This document shows positions 42,119 to 53,732 of a DNA stretch of 56,100 bases, in pieces. Under the pieces are notes generated by a model, which saw nothing but the letters and a program-made list of their open reading frames with translations, was not told where the DNA came from and searched no databases. Position numbers and translations under genes: made by a program. The stretch lies in contig NC_068991.1 of assembly GCF_001194135.2 (NCBI RefSeq), forward strand, positions 4,750,515 through 4,806,614, in the 5' to 3' direction. Within the stretch, counting starts at the first letter, position 1; each line of letters opens with the position of its first letter. This stretch comes from Octopus bimaculoides. Its lineage: Eukaryota.

Positions 42119-42569
42119 GGGATCCGTCACGACGAACTGCTAATACGTCGACGCCAGTTTCAGAGTAAATGTTTATCACCCTCGGCGAAAAGAAGACAGA
42201 AAATACAATTATTAAAAAAATCCTATTAATTTTCTTTCATTAATGTGTATTTTATTTATTTATTTATTTATATAAATCATTATGCATTTTTCTTTACAAA
42301 GAACACAGATTAGTTTATAGCGCTTTGTTTCATAATTTTTTTTTATCAAGATTTGTTTCAAGTAATGTTGTAATTAAAATACTTTTTCTTCCATCTCACT
42401 GCTAATTATTTGCTCGTGATAGCGTAAAATTGTGAAATTCGTTTCCTACCAATGAGCTTGGTCTTTCTCTGTAAAAAAAAACTACATGAACTTTTATACG
42501 TTTCCTTCATTTTAAATCTTAGTCTTTTTATCTCGATGTATGTAAGTCGCATATTTAGAATGGAAACTA

Positions 42570-42885
42570 ACCAGGACCTGGAAATCTGATAAAATTCCGT
42601 AATGGCATGACAACGCCGATATTACGGACTTGTGGCTAGGATGTCTCGTGGAAATAATCGCGGATCGAGTGGTAGGTACAAAACCATTGAGTAGGGGACC
42701 CCTGGAGCAGATCAGGAGCACGATGGTTGGATAATATGCACGGGCTCCGCTGGACATCGCTTGAGGAACCAGTCACATTACTTGGAGACGGTTGCTCTCT
42801 GGCAAGACTCGATGGTAGGCGCGCTTGAGAACCCTACCCACGCGATCTTCCAAGAAATAAGCGGGTGAAGAAGATGGAAGGTGAA
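42570..42885 (+). mobile_element. RTE-clade LINE 3' remnant (frameshifted)
   Basis: QRRYYGLVARM (42611-42643) and, in another frame, SRSGARWLDNM (42706-42738) resemble the RTE ORF C-terminal motifs (QLR.YGHV.RM and RGRP..RW.D.I). A GAA-rich tail follows near 42862-42885. Confidence 0.6.
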
Positions 42886-42984
42886 AAACGGAAAATTTTC
42901 TCTTCGTTCCATTTCAGAATATGCAGAAGAAAACATCCATTAGGTCGAGATCTCGAAGAGAATATTCACTTCCATTGTCGGTAC

Positions 42985-43080
42985 GATATCTGAAATTTTG
43001 TGGGGAGAAAGAAATGTCAATTCCATCGACCTAAGTAATCAACTGGTACTTACTTTATAGACATGAAGAAGGTAAAAAGC
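42985..43080 (-). mobile_element. SINE family A 3' remnant, highly diverged
   Basis: tgaaattttgtgggg...gtcaattccatcgacc.aagta..caactggtacttactttatagac.tgaa. Confidence 0.55.
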
Positions 43081-44627
43081 CACCAATTTAAAGGGTTGCA
43101 TGAAAAGAAAATTCGAAAGACATTTATTTTCTCGTATTTTGGAAGTCTTCATGCGAAATATCTTCGCCTGATACACATTCCATTATGACGTCATATACCT
43201 GTGTTTTAACTACGAATAGTTTTCTTTGAAAGACATGTACAGTATTCACTTGGAAGAATTTCTAAAGAATTACGCTTCGTAAATAATTCTATCACGTAAC
43301 AATGGCCAGATTTTCTTTCAATCATTCCATATCTACAATGTCACAAGAGATGTCATTAGAATTATATAGGTATATTCCTTGTCTATTAAACCCAATATAA
43401 CATGGATATACTTCACCGACGGCTCCGCCAGATATCAATAAGGAAGATGATCTAGAATCGCCAAAACAATTTGCGACATTCTATTATCATGAACCACATC
43501 TAAATTGCAAAGATTTACTTCTGAGATAGTCAAGTAAATTCAAAGTGCTGGTTTGTTTTATGTTTCACTTACAACATCTCTACATAGCCATACGAACACA
43601 TACAAAGAAATGTATTTGTATATATGTTTATTATATACGTCTGTGTACTCTTGGCTATGTGATTATGCATGTGTGCATGCGGGCATATGTAGTTGCGTAT
43701 GTATGCAGATGTGCATGCATATATTTATGTGTGTGAGTGTGTGAGTGCGTACAGCTATACATACATACATATGTACATACAAATACACACATATCTAGAC
43801 ATACACATGGTATATGTGTGTAAGTATGTAGGCGGTTCATGTCTTCAGCAGACATCTAGAAAATATACATTATTTCGATGGATCTTGTTTCTTTGTAATG
43901 GTCTTTCCTTACGTTTGTCATGGAATGTGCACTAAAGATCATTATATAACAGGATTTACTCTTACTTATGGTGGCATATTTCTATTAAATTTGGAAGTTC
44001 CTGCACATAGGAAGTTTCGTAGTACAATAGTTCAATTTACTTTAATAATGCAGCGTGACCGGGCCTGAAAACACTAGGGTAACCGGGCCTAACAAAGAAA
44101 TTTCCAATGTTGCATGTATGCATCCTCTAATCGATGATGTCAGTGCATTATGCACCGTCCGTTAATCCTTTGTCTAGTTCCCCGTTTGTTCTGGTTTCGT
44201 CTAACTTTTCTTCCTTGTTCTGTTTTGTATGTTTAACCTTTTATATATATATATATATAACATCAATTGTAATTTAGATTCAGTTGAATTTGGTACTTAA
44301 ATTGAGACACTTTGTTTGGACGAACTTATTTGCACACTCAAACAATTTTAGGTGAATATCAAACTCTATATAGAAATTTTGCACCTGATATTCATGCAGT
44401 GTATGCACAAGACACGCTAAAACTTAGTGGATAGATATGCTCTTGTTTGTTCAGACACGTATTTTATATTAAGATACTTTCCAAATACTTCCGAAGCGCA
44501 GATTCCAGTGTAGATAAATAAAATATAAACGGCCGTTTCCAGTGACTCGTTTAGTTGATCAATGGAAGGAGTCACTCGAAACGGCTGTAATGAATTAACA
44601 CTTATTCATCATTGTTTCTCATTTACA

Positions 44628-44676
<49 letters not shown>

Positions 44677-44687
44677 ACACATAAGCC

Positions 44688-44817
44688 CTATCGAATTCAC
44701 ACAAAAGTCTTTCGTCGTTCGGAGCTATAGTAAAAGACATTCACCCACATGGCCTTGGTGTGGGACTGAACTGAAAAGCAAATGGTTGGGAAAAAAACTC
44801 TAACCGCACAGCCATGC
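44688..44817 (-). mobile_element. SINE family C 5' (tRNA-like head) fragment
   Basis: attcacacaaaagtcttt.gtcg..cggagctatagtaaaagacatt.accca...gtgggactgaac...tggttggg...ct.taaccgcacagccatgc, similar to 26610-26749. Confidence 0.6.
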
Positions 44818-46514
44818 TACCATAAATATATAAATACTTGTGTCACTTTGTGTGTGTATGTCTTTGTATATTTGTGTGTGTGAGTGTGTGTGTATTTCTG
44901 GATATGTGTTTGTCTTTGTGTATTTGTTTTACCGAGTATATCACGAGAGAAAATTACTTTCCTTGAGGATGTCACTCTTTACATACAATACATCTCGATG
45001 ATGTATTACAATCTGTTACAAGCAATAGTGTACTCTTCAGGTATTTCTTTATTTTCATAAGTTTCTCTCTATTACATTAGATGGGTGCATTTGTTTCTTG
45101 TAATGTATTTTGTGTCAAGTTTGTCGTTAAGCATGTGTAGACTTCCGCAATCATATATATATATATATATATATATATANNNNNNNNNNNNNNNNNNNNN
45201 NNNNNNNNNNNNNNNNNNNNNNNNNNNNNNNNNNNNNNNNNNNNNNNNNNNNNNNNNNNNNNNNNNNNNNNNNNNNNNNNNNNNNNNNNNNNNNNNNNNN
45301 NNNNNNNNNNNNNNNNNNNNNNNNNNNNNNNNNNNNNNNNNNNNNNNNNNNNNNNNNNNNNNNNNNNNNNNNNNNNNNNNNNNNNNNNNNNNNNNNNTAA
45401 ACATGTATATATACATATATGTGTGTGCATGTGTGTATGTGTGTTTGCGTATATCTGTTTGCACACAAGCATATATATATATATATATACATATATATAC
45501 ATATGTATATATGTATGTTTGTATGTATAAATGCTTATATACATATAGACGTACAAACGCACAGATGTGCACACACACACACACACACAAACACAACACG
45601 CACAAATACATATATATATGCATGTACATATACGTATCGGCGAATTGTTGTTCTCAACGTTTTTACGGGTTTCCCTATTAAAATATGTATCTATTTTTGT
45701 GTAATATTTTTGTATCCTATCGATTTTCTTTCCTATTATTTCTTTTGTGGAGAAGAATCTAATATATTTTTCTGAGTAGAAACGTCCTAACCCTCGTTTT
45801 CTCGTTTTATATCACTCTAAATATTAAGTCCTTCCATGCATGTATAAGCACTTATTTGTGTTTTAACTCATACTGATATTAATATTGAAGCTCTTCCTTA
45901 TTCGAACATTTACATATGAAAATGGATTTGTTGTATCACATGAAGCTATACGAAAGTTGCCTTGGCTATTAACGATTGTATCCTCTGCCACTAAAATCAT
46001 TTTATCCTGATATTAAGACCAGAAACGTTTTAGAAAGACGACATACCTTCGAAATTATTGTTCTGAATATGTAAATGATAAAAAAACGAAGTACGTACGC
46101 GTACGTATCGCAGAATCTATCGCAAAAATCTATATGTGCAGGAATTACATGAATGTTTATCTACTCACGCTTGTAAACCAAGATTCAGCTTTCGCTAACG
46201 GGAAGTGTTTACATTTATATAAAAAAATATAAAGTATCCTTCATACTTTAGAGGAAACAGCAATCGGAAATAACAACCGATGTACACCGGACATAAACAC
46301 ATGAAATTATATGAAAATTCTGAACAGGCAATATTATGTCTCCCTAAAAGCGTTTGTCGTGAGAGTGTTCTTTGGTGGTATGTTGTTACGACTGGCTGAG
46401 CTGATGAATGGAAAGGCATTTCTTAGGCTGCGTGAAGAAGTAACTGAAAACGCATGCAAATATTTAACGGAAGAGTTTATTATTGCAAATTGTTGCTTTT
46501 GGTCTTTTACAAAT

Positions 46515-46862
46515 GGTGGAAGAGGAGACCCCCATCGGTTATGAATGTCCATGGAATTGCACCTAGAAAGTTACCCTCCGAGGCACAAGTCCAGGCAAGG
46601 TTGTTTCATGGACGACTAGCAGTCGCCCATGCATACCAGCCTCCACTCTCCACACCACTGATGTTATCCAAGGGAAAGGCAAAGGGGGCGATACATCTTG
46701 GCACCAGTGATGTCGCAACTCATTTCTACAGCTGCGTTAGCTGGAGTAACGTGATATAAAGTGTGTTGTTCGAGAATACAACATGCAGGCCGGTCCGGGA
46801 TTCGAACTCGCAATCGCACGATCGTAGGCTCGACGCACTATCCACTGAGCCATGCGCCTTTA
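46515..46862 (-). mobile_element. SINE family B, full-length tRNA-derived copy with TSD
   Basis: On the minus strand there is an A-box tggctcagtgg (46842-46852) and a B-box gagttcgaatccc (46797-46809). Flanking 11-mers are cttttacaaat (46504-46514) and cttctacaaat (46863-46873). Confidence 0.85.
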
Positions 46863-47540
46863 CTTCTACAAATAACAACAATAATATACTGGATACAACT
46901 CACTCAACAAGAACTCCCTACCCGAATGAACCATGATACCAAAAACTTGACTTAAGAAGGATTTAGATAATCCTATTAGGTGGTGCTATTAAGTTACACA
47001 TGGCCTGAAACAATCCAGGTTCTATGTAAGTTTCATATATATATATATATATATATAATGTGTCCGTGGAAAAACTCATTGAAATAAAAAGGGCTGGGAA
47101 ACAAAGTTGGGAACTATTGTTGGGAACGACTGCGAAAGGTTTAGGAACCACTGCGAAAGGTTTTTAGCACAAAGCATACAATTGCAAATGACCATATTCC
47201 AGCACATGTAAGAGACCTCATCTCACACAAGGTGTATGGCTATATCTTGATATTGCATTGAGGGCACAATGCATAATCTGTAGCTTGAGCTTTTTGCATT
47301 TGTATCACAACTGAAGAAAAAACGTGCTTTCTTTTCATATCAAACCGTCGCTTTTTCAGCTAGATTGCCCCTTAGCTTTCGTCTCTTACATATGGTATTG
47401 GCAAAGGACGAAACAATATTAGATTTTTCTTTGGTGATATTAAAAATCTCGTAAATAATTTAAGTTGGCAAAATATATTTGCTTGTAAGCAAATGTGTTG
47501 ATCTTAAAAATTATGGTCTGAATTGCCTTTGTTATAATTA

Positions 47541-47782
47541 AGTGGGTGAGCTGCAAGAGCCTTTAGCAGCTTTTCGGCTCTTTTTTACGTTGTAAGATCA
47601 AATGTCACAGATGTTGATGTGCTGTTTCACTATCCCAGGGTCGTGAACAGCTGGCACCTTAATATAGTCCCAGCGCTAGAGGCTGTGCAAAGACAATAAA
47701 TAATAATTCAAATTTTGGCACGCGGTTTTTTATGGCAGATGCGATCGATTACATCGACCCCAACACATAACTGGTACTTTTT
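47541..47782. mobile_element. Two highly diverged SINE family A remnants in opposite orientation (about 47541-47643 plus, about 47705-47782 minus)
   Basis: gggtgagctgcaagagc.tttagca...ttacgtt.t.agatcaaat...cagggtcg, and caaattttggcac...gtcgattacatcgaccccaac.cataactggtact. Confidence 0.45.
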
Positions 47783-49112
47783 CAAAAATTGTTTCTCATT
47801 TGGTATAAGGTAGACACTTTTTAAGTATTAGGATATTCTCATGAGATAATCTCAATACAAGACTCATATACTGTCGTAGGCGTAGATAAATGACATTCCA
47901 AATATGGATGATGTTTGTACATGAAACGAATATTTAGGTAACCAAACAAACAGTAAATAGTTATTATTATTATTATTGTTTTTTTTTCATTATTTCTACG
48001 TTCTGGGCCTCGGATCTTGTGATTTATTAGCGGTGATGGCATAAATAGTTATGCAATGAATTCTATTAAGTAATCGTGCAAAGGTTTAATTGTTATAACT
48101 ATAGAATATAATTCGAAAGGTTTCTGCAATTACCGATGTGAATGGAATGCACCTCTTGAATTTCTGATTTCAATTGCGATTGAAGGCAATTCAGCACCTT
48201 CAGCTTCCATGATGTTGAGAAAATGAAATGCCGTGTACGATAAGTTTCATTCAATCGACTGCCAGACTTCTTCACAAATCTCTTCAACAAATGCTGATTT
48301 TATTTTGGCAACTTTTTTCTTTTTCTTATTTTTTGAAAAATCGAAACATAATGGAACATTATCTCTTTCCCCTACATATTTTTGTTCGCTTTATATTCTT
48401 CTGCTATATATGTGATGCCTTTTGGAAAAAAGAAAAATCGTTTCAGACTATTCAGACTGAAATTTCATATTTTATCTTCATATTCGCATCGCTATTCTTA
48501 AGGGTGATATAACATTTAAACAGAGAAATAATATTCGCGGAAATGGAAATGTGTTAGGCTTCTATTCCTTGCATTATTATGACGTAATAATGGTCTGATT
48601 TTTAATATTAATCTGCACTTATTACGATTTTCTTTTAAATATTCGAAATTTAATAATTTTTCAATATATTTTCGATCAATACACGAATGCGATTTTCTTT
48701 TCCATATATTCAATGCTGCCCATATTACAGAGACAACAGTTTTGTTGTTGTATAGATAGTATCTTAGCTTTTTGAGATATTACATCTAACGGTACGGCCT
48801 TCGATAGCCAGAAATTCACCAAGACATTGTAGAATTAAAGAAAAAAAAACTCATAACAGCTAAAGCTTGTGATATGTGAGTAGAATCTCTAATGCATATT
48901 TTTTTTTACCTTCTTTTAGGCTAGACGAACATAGTTAAATATAATATTCATATATTTAATATAGGGAGCATAAAAAACCCATTAGATATAGTAACGCTAT
49001 GCATGTAATTCAATATTAGTCAATATGTAAGATATTTATTATTTTGGCTAGTGAGGAATACAGCTCGTGACATGTTTGAATCTAATCAAACTCTTTCATT
49101 ATGATATCATTT

Positions 49113-49114
<2 letters not shown>

Positions 49115-49178
<64 letters not shown>

Positions 49179-49378
49179 GAGTGAAAGAGTGCCATCAAAC
49201 TGACCCTGGGATAAAATATACGAAGCCCATTATACCCTTCATGACTGCTCGTCTGATAATGGAACACCAGACACATACATCACAGTCATATGTGCGCGAC
49301 ATGGCGATCTCGTATCGCTTAGAGGTGGGGACTAGTTAGGATCTTCTTCAGGTCGAGTAGCCAATCCCGCTCAAAAGT
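49115..49378 (-). mobile_element. (TAT)n tract joined to a probable retroelement 3' end
   Basis: A pure (TAT)n tract at 49115-49178 abuts a more GC-rich 200-bp block, the geometry of an (AAT)n-tailed non-LTR 3' end on the minus strand. The block resembles an octopus repeat I recall; this is unverified. Confidence 0.35.
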
Positions 49379-50314
49379 AATTGCCAAAGTAGTGAAACAT
49401 ATATATATTAACAATCGAGACACCACCGAGACACCATCGCCTATTCTGGCACTGTTATTTTATGTATCACCATGAGGAGATAAATGGCTTCTACCTCTAT
49501 AGCTCGAGCATCCTTCAATGACAAGACCAAAGAAGGTCGAAATTACTTGATCTGGTGGAATCAGCGCTGGATATGGCAGCGATTTATCTCTCTGCAAGCG
49601 ATAATCAAGAGTGCATTTTGCACCAAAGGCGTATATGCGATTTTGTCTCATGGTAACGACCACAATGTAGTTCTTTCTGACAGAACACACGCACGCACAC
49701 ATATCTATATATATATATTTATGTATGTATGTCTTATGTAAATAAGTACGCATATTATATTTCTGAAATGCAAACAGATGTTGAACATGAAGAAATCGTA
49801 CATCACAACTACTTTGTTAATTTCATATGTGACGTAAGCCACCAGACTGAATGACTGATTTGCCAAGACGTTTCACGAAAGCTATCACAGAAAATGACCT
49901 CTAAATAAACAGCCATTGCTATTACACTCTCTCATTAAACAATAACCTTTTTATTGTTAACACGTATATGTTGTGCTTTATTCTAGTCATAGATCCATTT
50001 GCTGCTGATATCTGAAGTCACATGACTGGTCGTCTTACGACTATTTATATTTCTGGCCAACGTTATGGCGAACATTCGGTCGAATCTGTATGTGGAGACT
50101 TCGTATACAATTAATTACAAGTGAATTCGTTTCTTCCATATTTACTTTCTTACCGAGAAAGTCTCTCTAGTTATCTACTTACCTATTAATCTGTCTATCT
50201 ATTCATCTATCTATATATCTAACTATCTACCAATGTATCTATCGGTGCACCTAACAGTATCTCAATTCGCAAAGTATTTATATATGCATGTATACACACA
50301 CACACATACATACA

Positions 50315-50370
<56 letters not shown>

Positions 50371-51010
50371 ATATTTTGTGTTATTCTGCGTATACGTGCA
50401 TATGTTTTTTTCTGGTAGTATATCTTAAACAGAAAGGTGACTTACTTTCGCACGCAAACATACACAAGGATACACACATATATTCATACACACACACACA
50501 CACATATATATATACACACACAAAAGGTAACACATTTATTATACACATACATACACATAGATACATTCATACATACATAATTACACACATACAATACACG
50601 TACATATACATACACCTATTAATTCGTACGTACACACCGAGACGCTTATGTCTAAGTGCGTTCTACTAATTCATATCGACAGCAAAACCCAGGAGGTTTA
50701 GCATTAATGCAAGAATCAAATAAATACAGGTGCATGAACTGTCAGAGTAGGTTCAACATTGCTAGGTGTGATAACAACGTTGATTTGATTGCTCGGACAC
50801 CAAGCTTCTGTTATAGCTGACGTTTTCATTCTGTAACTACTCTACGTTTAAAGTGTGAGGGGTTATTATTTTGTCTGCCGCTTTTGTCTTTACGCGCCTG
50901 TCCTTCTGTAGTTAAACTCTTCTTTCCACTTCTCTCTCTCGCTCTCTCTCTCTCTCTCTTTCTTTCTTCAATTGTGTATATGCATGTGTATGTATGCGTG
51001 CGTGTGTAGA

Positions 51011-51046
<36 letters not shown>

Positions 51047-51787
51047 NNNNNNNNNNNNNNNNNNNNNNNNNNNNNNNNNNNNNNNNNNNNNNNNNNNNNN
51101 NNNNNNNNNNNNNNNNNNNNNNNNNNNNNNNNNNNNNNNNNNNNNNNNNNNNNNNNNNNNNNNNNNNNNNNNNNNNNNNNNNNNNNNNNNNNNNNNNNNN
51201 NNNNNNNNNNNNNNNNNNNNNNNNNNNNNNNNNNNNNNNNNNNNNNNNNNNNNNNNNNNNNNNNNNNNNNNNNNNNNNNNNNNNNNNNNNNNNNNNNNNN
51301 NNNNNNNNNNNNNNNNNNNNNNNNNNNNNNNNNNNNNNNNNNNNNNNNNNNNNNNNNNNNNNNNNNNNNNNNNNNNNNNNNNNNNNNNNNNNNNNNNNNN
51401 NNNNNNNNNNNNNNNNNNNNNNNNNNNNNNNNNNNNNNNNNNNNNNNNNNNNNNNNNNNNNNNNNNNNNNNNNNNNNNNNNNNNNNNNNNNNNNNNNNNN
51501 NNNNNNNNNNNNNNNNNNNNNNNNNNNNNNNNNNNNNNNNNNNNNNNNNNNNNNNNNNNNNNNNNNNNNNNNNNNNNNNNNNNNNNNNNNNNNNNNNNNN
51601 NNNNNNNNNNNNNNNNNNNNNNNNNNNNNNNNNNNNNNNNNNNNNNNNNNNNNNNNNNNNNNNNNNNNNNNNNNNNNNNNNNNNNNNNNNNNNNNNNNNN
51701 NNNNNNNNNNNNNNNNNNNNNNNNNNNNNNNNNNNNNNNNNNNNNNNNNNNNNNNNNNNNNNNNNNNNNNNNTATATGGTGTTGTTT

Positions 51788-52366
51788 CTATTCTTGGTGG
51801 CGCTGTTTGTAGTGCCGTTTGGCTGGGTTGGTTGCTGATGTTCCTTCATTTGTTGGTTGAGCTGTTATACCAGTTGTGCTTATGGCGATGTCAGTAGCAG
51901 CGGTGTTTTTTTTTTGGGTTGGTTTTTGGTTTTGTTTTCGTTGTCCTTGATCTTGTTGTTGCCGTTGTTGTTGCTGTTGTTGTTGTTGTTTCTGTGCTAA
52001 TAGGCAATTGATTTTTAAGTGTGACTTGCTACCACAAACGTAGCAACCTAGCTCTCTTCCATCGACGGCCACATGCAAATTCGAACCGTCTGCCAGTTCG
52101 ATAAGAGTTGGAATCCTTTCAATGCTGATATGATCAACTTGAGCAAGGATTTCCACTCTTTGACCAATCCAGTTTTCCTATCCAAGACAGCGATTCCTAC
52201 TTTGTAAGATATGGATTGCCTCCTCGATATCATAACAAATGGAAAACACAAGCCGTTTTATTTGTACCTCAGCTGGTACATCTTTGATCTTTATTTTTGT
52301 GACCCTACGACCAAAGTATGTAGGAATCATCATTACGTTCTCGTATTCAAAGACCTTGTGTAGAGG
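51788..52366 (-). pseudogene. Retroelement ORF1/gag-like remnant with a CCHC zinc knuckle
   Basis: One frame reads PLHKVFEYENVMMIPTYFGRRVTKIKIKDVP...CLG*ENWIGQRVEILAQVDHISIERIPTLIELADGSNLHVAVDGRELG-CYVCGSKSHLKINC-LLAQKQQQ, with a single in-frame TAG (52178-52180). CX2CX4HX4C lies at 52004-52045. The 5' end is cut off by (TA)n. Confidence 0.65.
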
Positions 52367-52369
52367 TCA

Positions 52370-52404
<35 letters not shown>

Positions 52405-52799
52405 AATGTGTGTGTGGTAGTGATTGCGTGCGAACGTGCATGCGTGGTGCATGCGTGTGTGCATGTATACAGGTTAAGTAAGACAAAAGTATAAAAGTCG
52501 GACAGGTGTTTGTTAATGACATCAAAGTATTCCTAAAAAGAGTGACCTACCTACCAATCGTTTATCTCAGAGTGCTTTCATTCGATCGACCAGTGCATTG
52601 CCTACAGCAGACTCCTTTTTGGTCTTTTTTGTCCGGATACTGTCTCACTTCGATTATAGGTGTCTGTTCTTCTCAGAACAATTACAATCACATTCTATAC
52701 TATATATATATATGTGTGTGTATGTGCGTATGTGTGTGTGAGTCCGCGCGCGCATGTGCATGCGTATGTGATATGTGTTTCTGAGCAAGTGCATCCATG

Positions 52800-52830
<31 letters not shown>

Positions 52831-53316
52831 GCATATATGTGTATATGTATAATACATGCACACATACATGTGTAGGTGGACACACACGTAAACACGCACG
52901 CATACACACACATACACAAACACTCTCACACAAACACACGCACATACATAAGTTTCGGTGTAAGTGTGTTAAAAGATGCAGTGCAAAATAGGTGGGATAT
53001 AATAGTGTAGGGTGTAACAGAAACGAAATATCTTTATGGATGGCTTAATTGGGTGAGTTGTAAAATATATTTTTAGGGAGAATGAAGGAAGCACAAGGAG
53101 AAGATGAAGAAGGAGATAAAGGAAGATAAATGATGAGAGAATGAACGCAGATGTTTATGTTACAAAAGTGGGGTCAAGGATGGAATGGTAAATGCATTCT
53201 TCTAGCGTTGCACCTAACGTTTTCTAGAAAGCATTTGTGTGGTGAAATGTATATACGTTATCATTAGGTTTCATTCGAGCATGGCTGTAAACACAAGTGC
53301 TGCGATTTGGATCGCA

Positions 53317-53405
53317 GGGGTGGGTCACGTGACTTACAGTTCACGTGCATTGGCTTGTGAGGATTTCGGTTGAGAGTGTTTATCTTGCTCAACGGAGACT
53401 GCGCA
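53317..53405. promoter_or_regulatory. Candidate promoter/enhancer motif cluster
   Basis: GGGGTGGG (53317-53324), palindromic GTCACGTGAC (53324-53333), CACGTG (53342-53347), ATTGG (53349-53353) and TGCGCA (53400-53405). Motif matches only. Confidence 0.3.
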
Positions 53406-53524
53406 TTAACGATCTCAAAGATTAATAATCTATATATATATATATATACCTATACATACATACATACATATAAATATCATAAAGAAGATTGGGGAGAATT
53501 ATACATCTTCTAAATATGTTTATT

Positions 53525-53732
53525 CTTTTCTTCTCAAACCACAAGGCCCAAAATTTTGGTGGAGGGAACCAGTTGATTTGATCGACCCCAGTACGCAACT
53601 GGTACTTAATTTGTCGACCCCGGAAGGATGAAAGGCAAAGTCAACCTCGCCGGAATTTGAACTCAAAACGTAAAGACAAACGCTAAGCATTTCGCCCGGC
53701 GTGCTAACGTTTCTGCCAGCTCGCCGCCTTCC
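53525..53732 (-). mobile_element. SINE family A, best-preserved full-length copy with TSD
   Basis: Head aaggcggcgagctggcagaaacgttagcacgccgggcgaaatgcttagcg, B-box-like gagttcaaattcc (53652-53664), and flanking 13-mers aaatatgtttatt (53512-53524) and aaatgtgtttatt (53733-53745). Confidence 0.9.

Noticed and set aside
41739-42179. His/Pro-rich 146-aa ORF
   Set aside because: It is a translation of a compound trinucleotide tract.
43405-43443. WIYFTDGSA, resembling the RNase H YTDGS motif
   Set aside because: A stop follows within three codons and no other RNase H motifs are present.
46780-46860. tRNA-like sequence with A and B boxes
   Set aside because: It is the head of the family B SINE (continuous with the SINE body and bounded by a TSD), not a tRNA gene.
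48120-48300. Minus frame KSAFVEEICEEVWQSIE*NLSYTAFHF..., faintly Harbinger-like
   Set aside because: It has an internal stop, terminates early and shows no catalytic DDE motifs.
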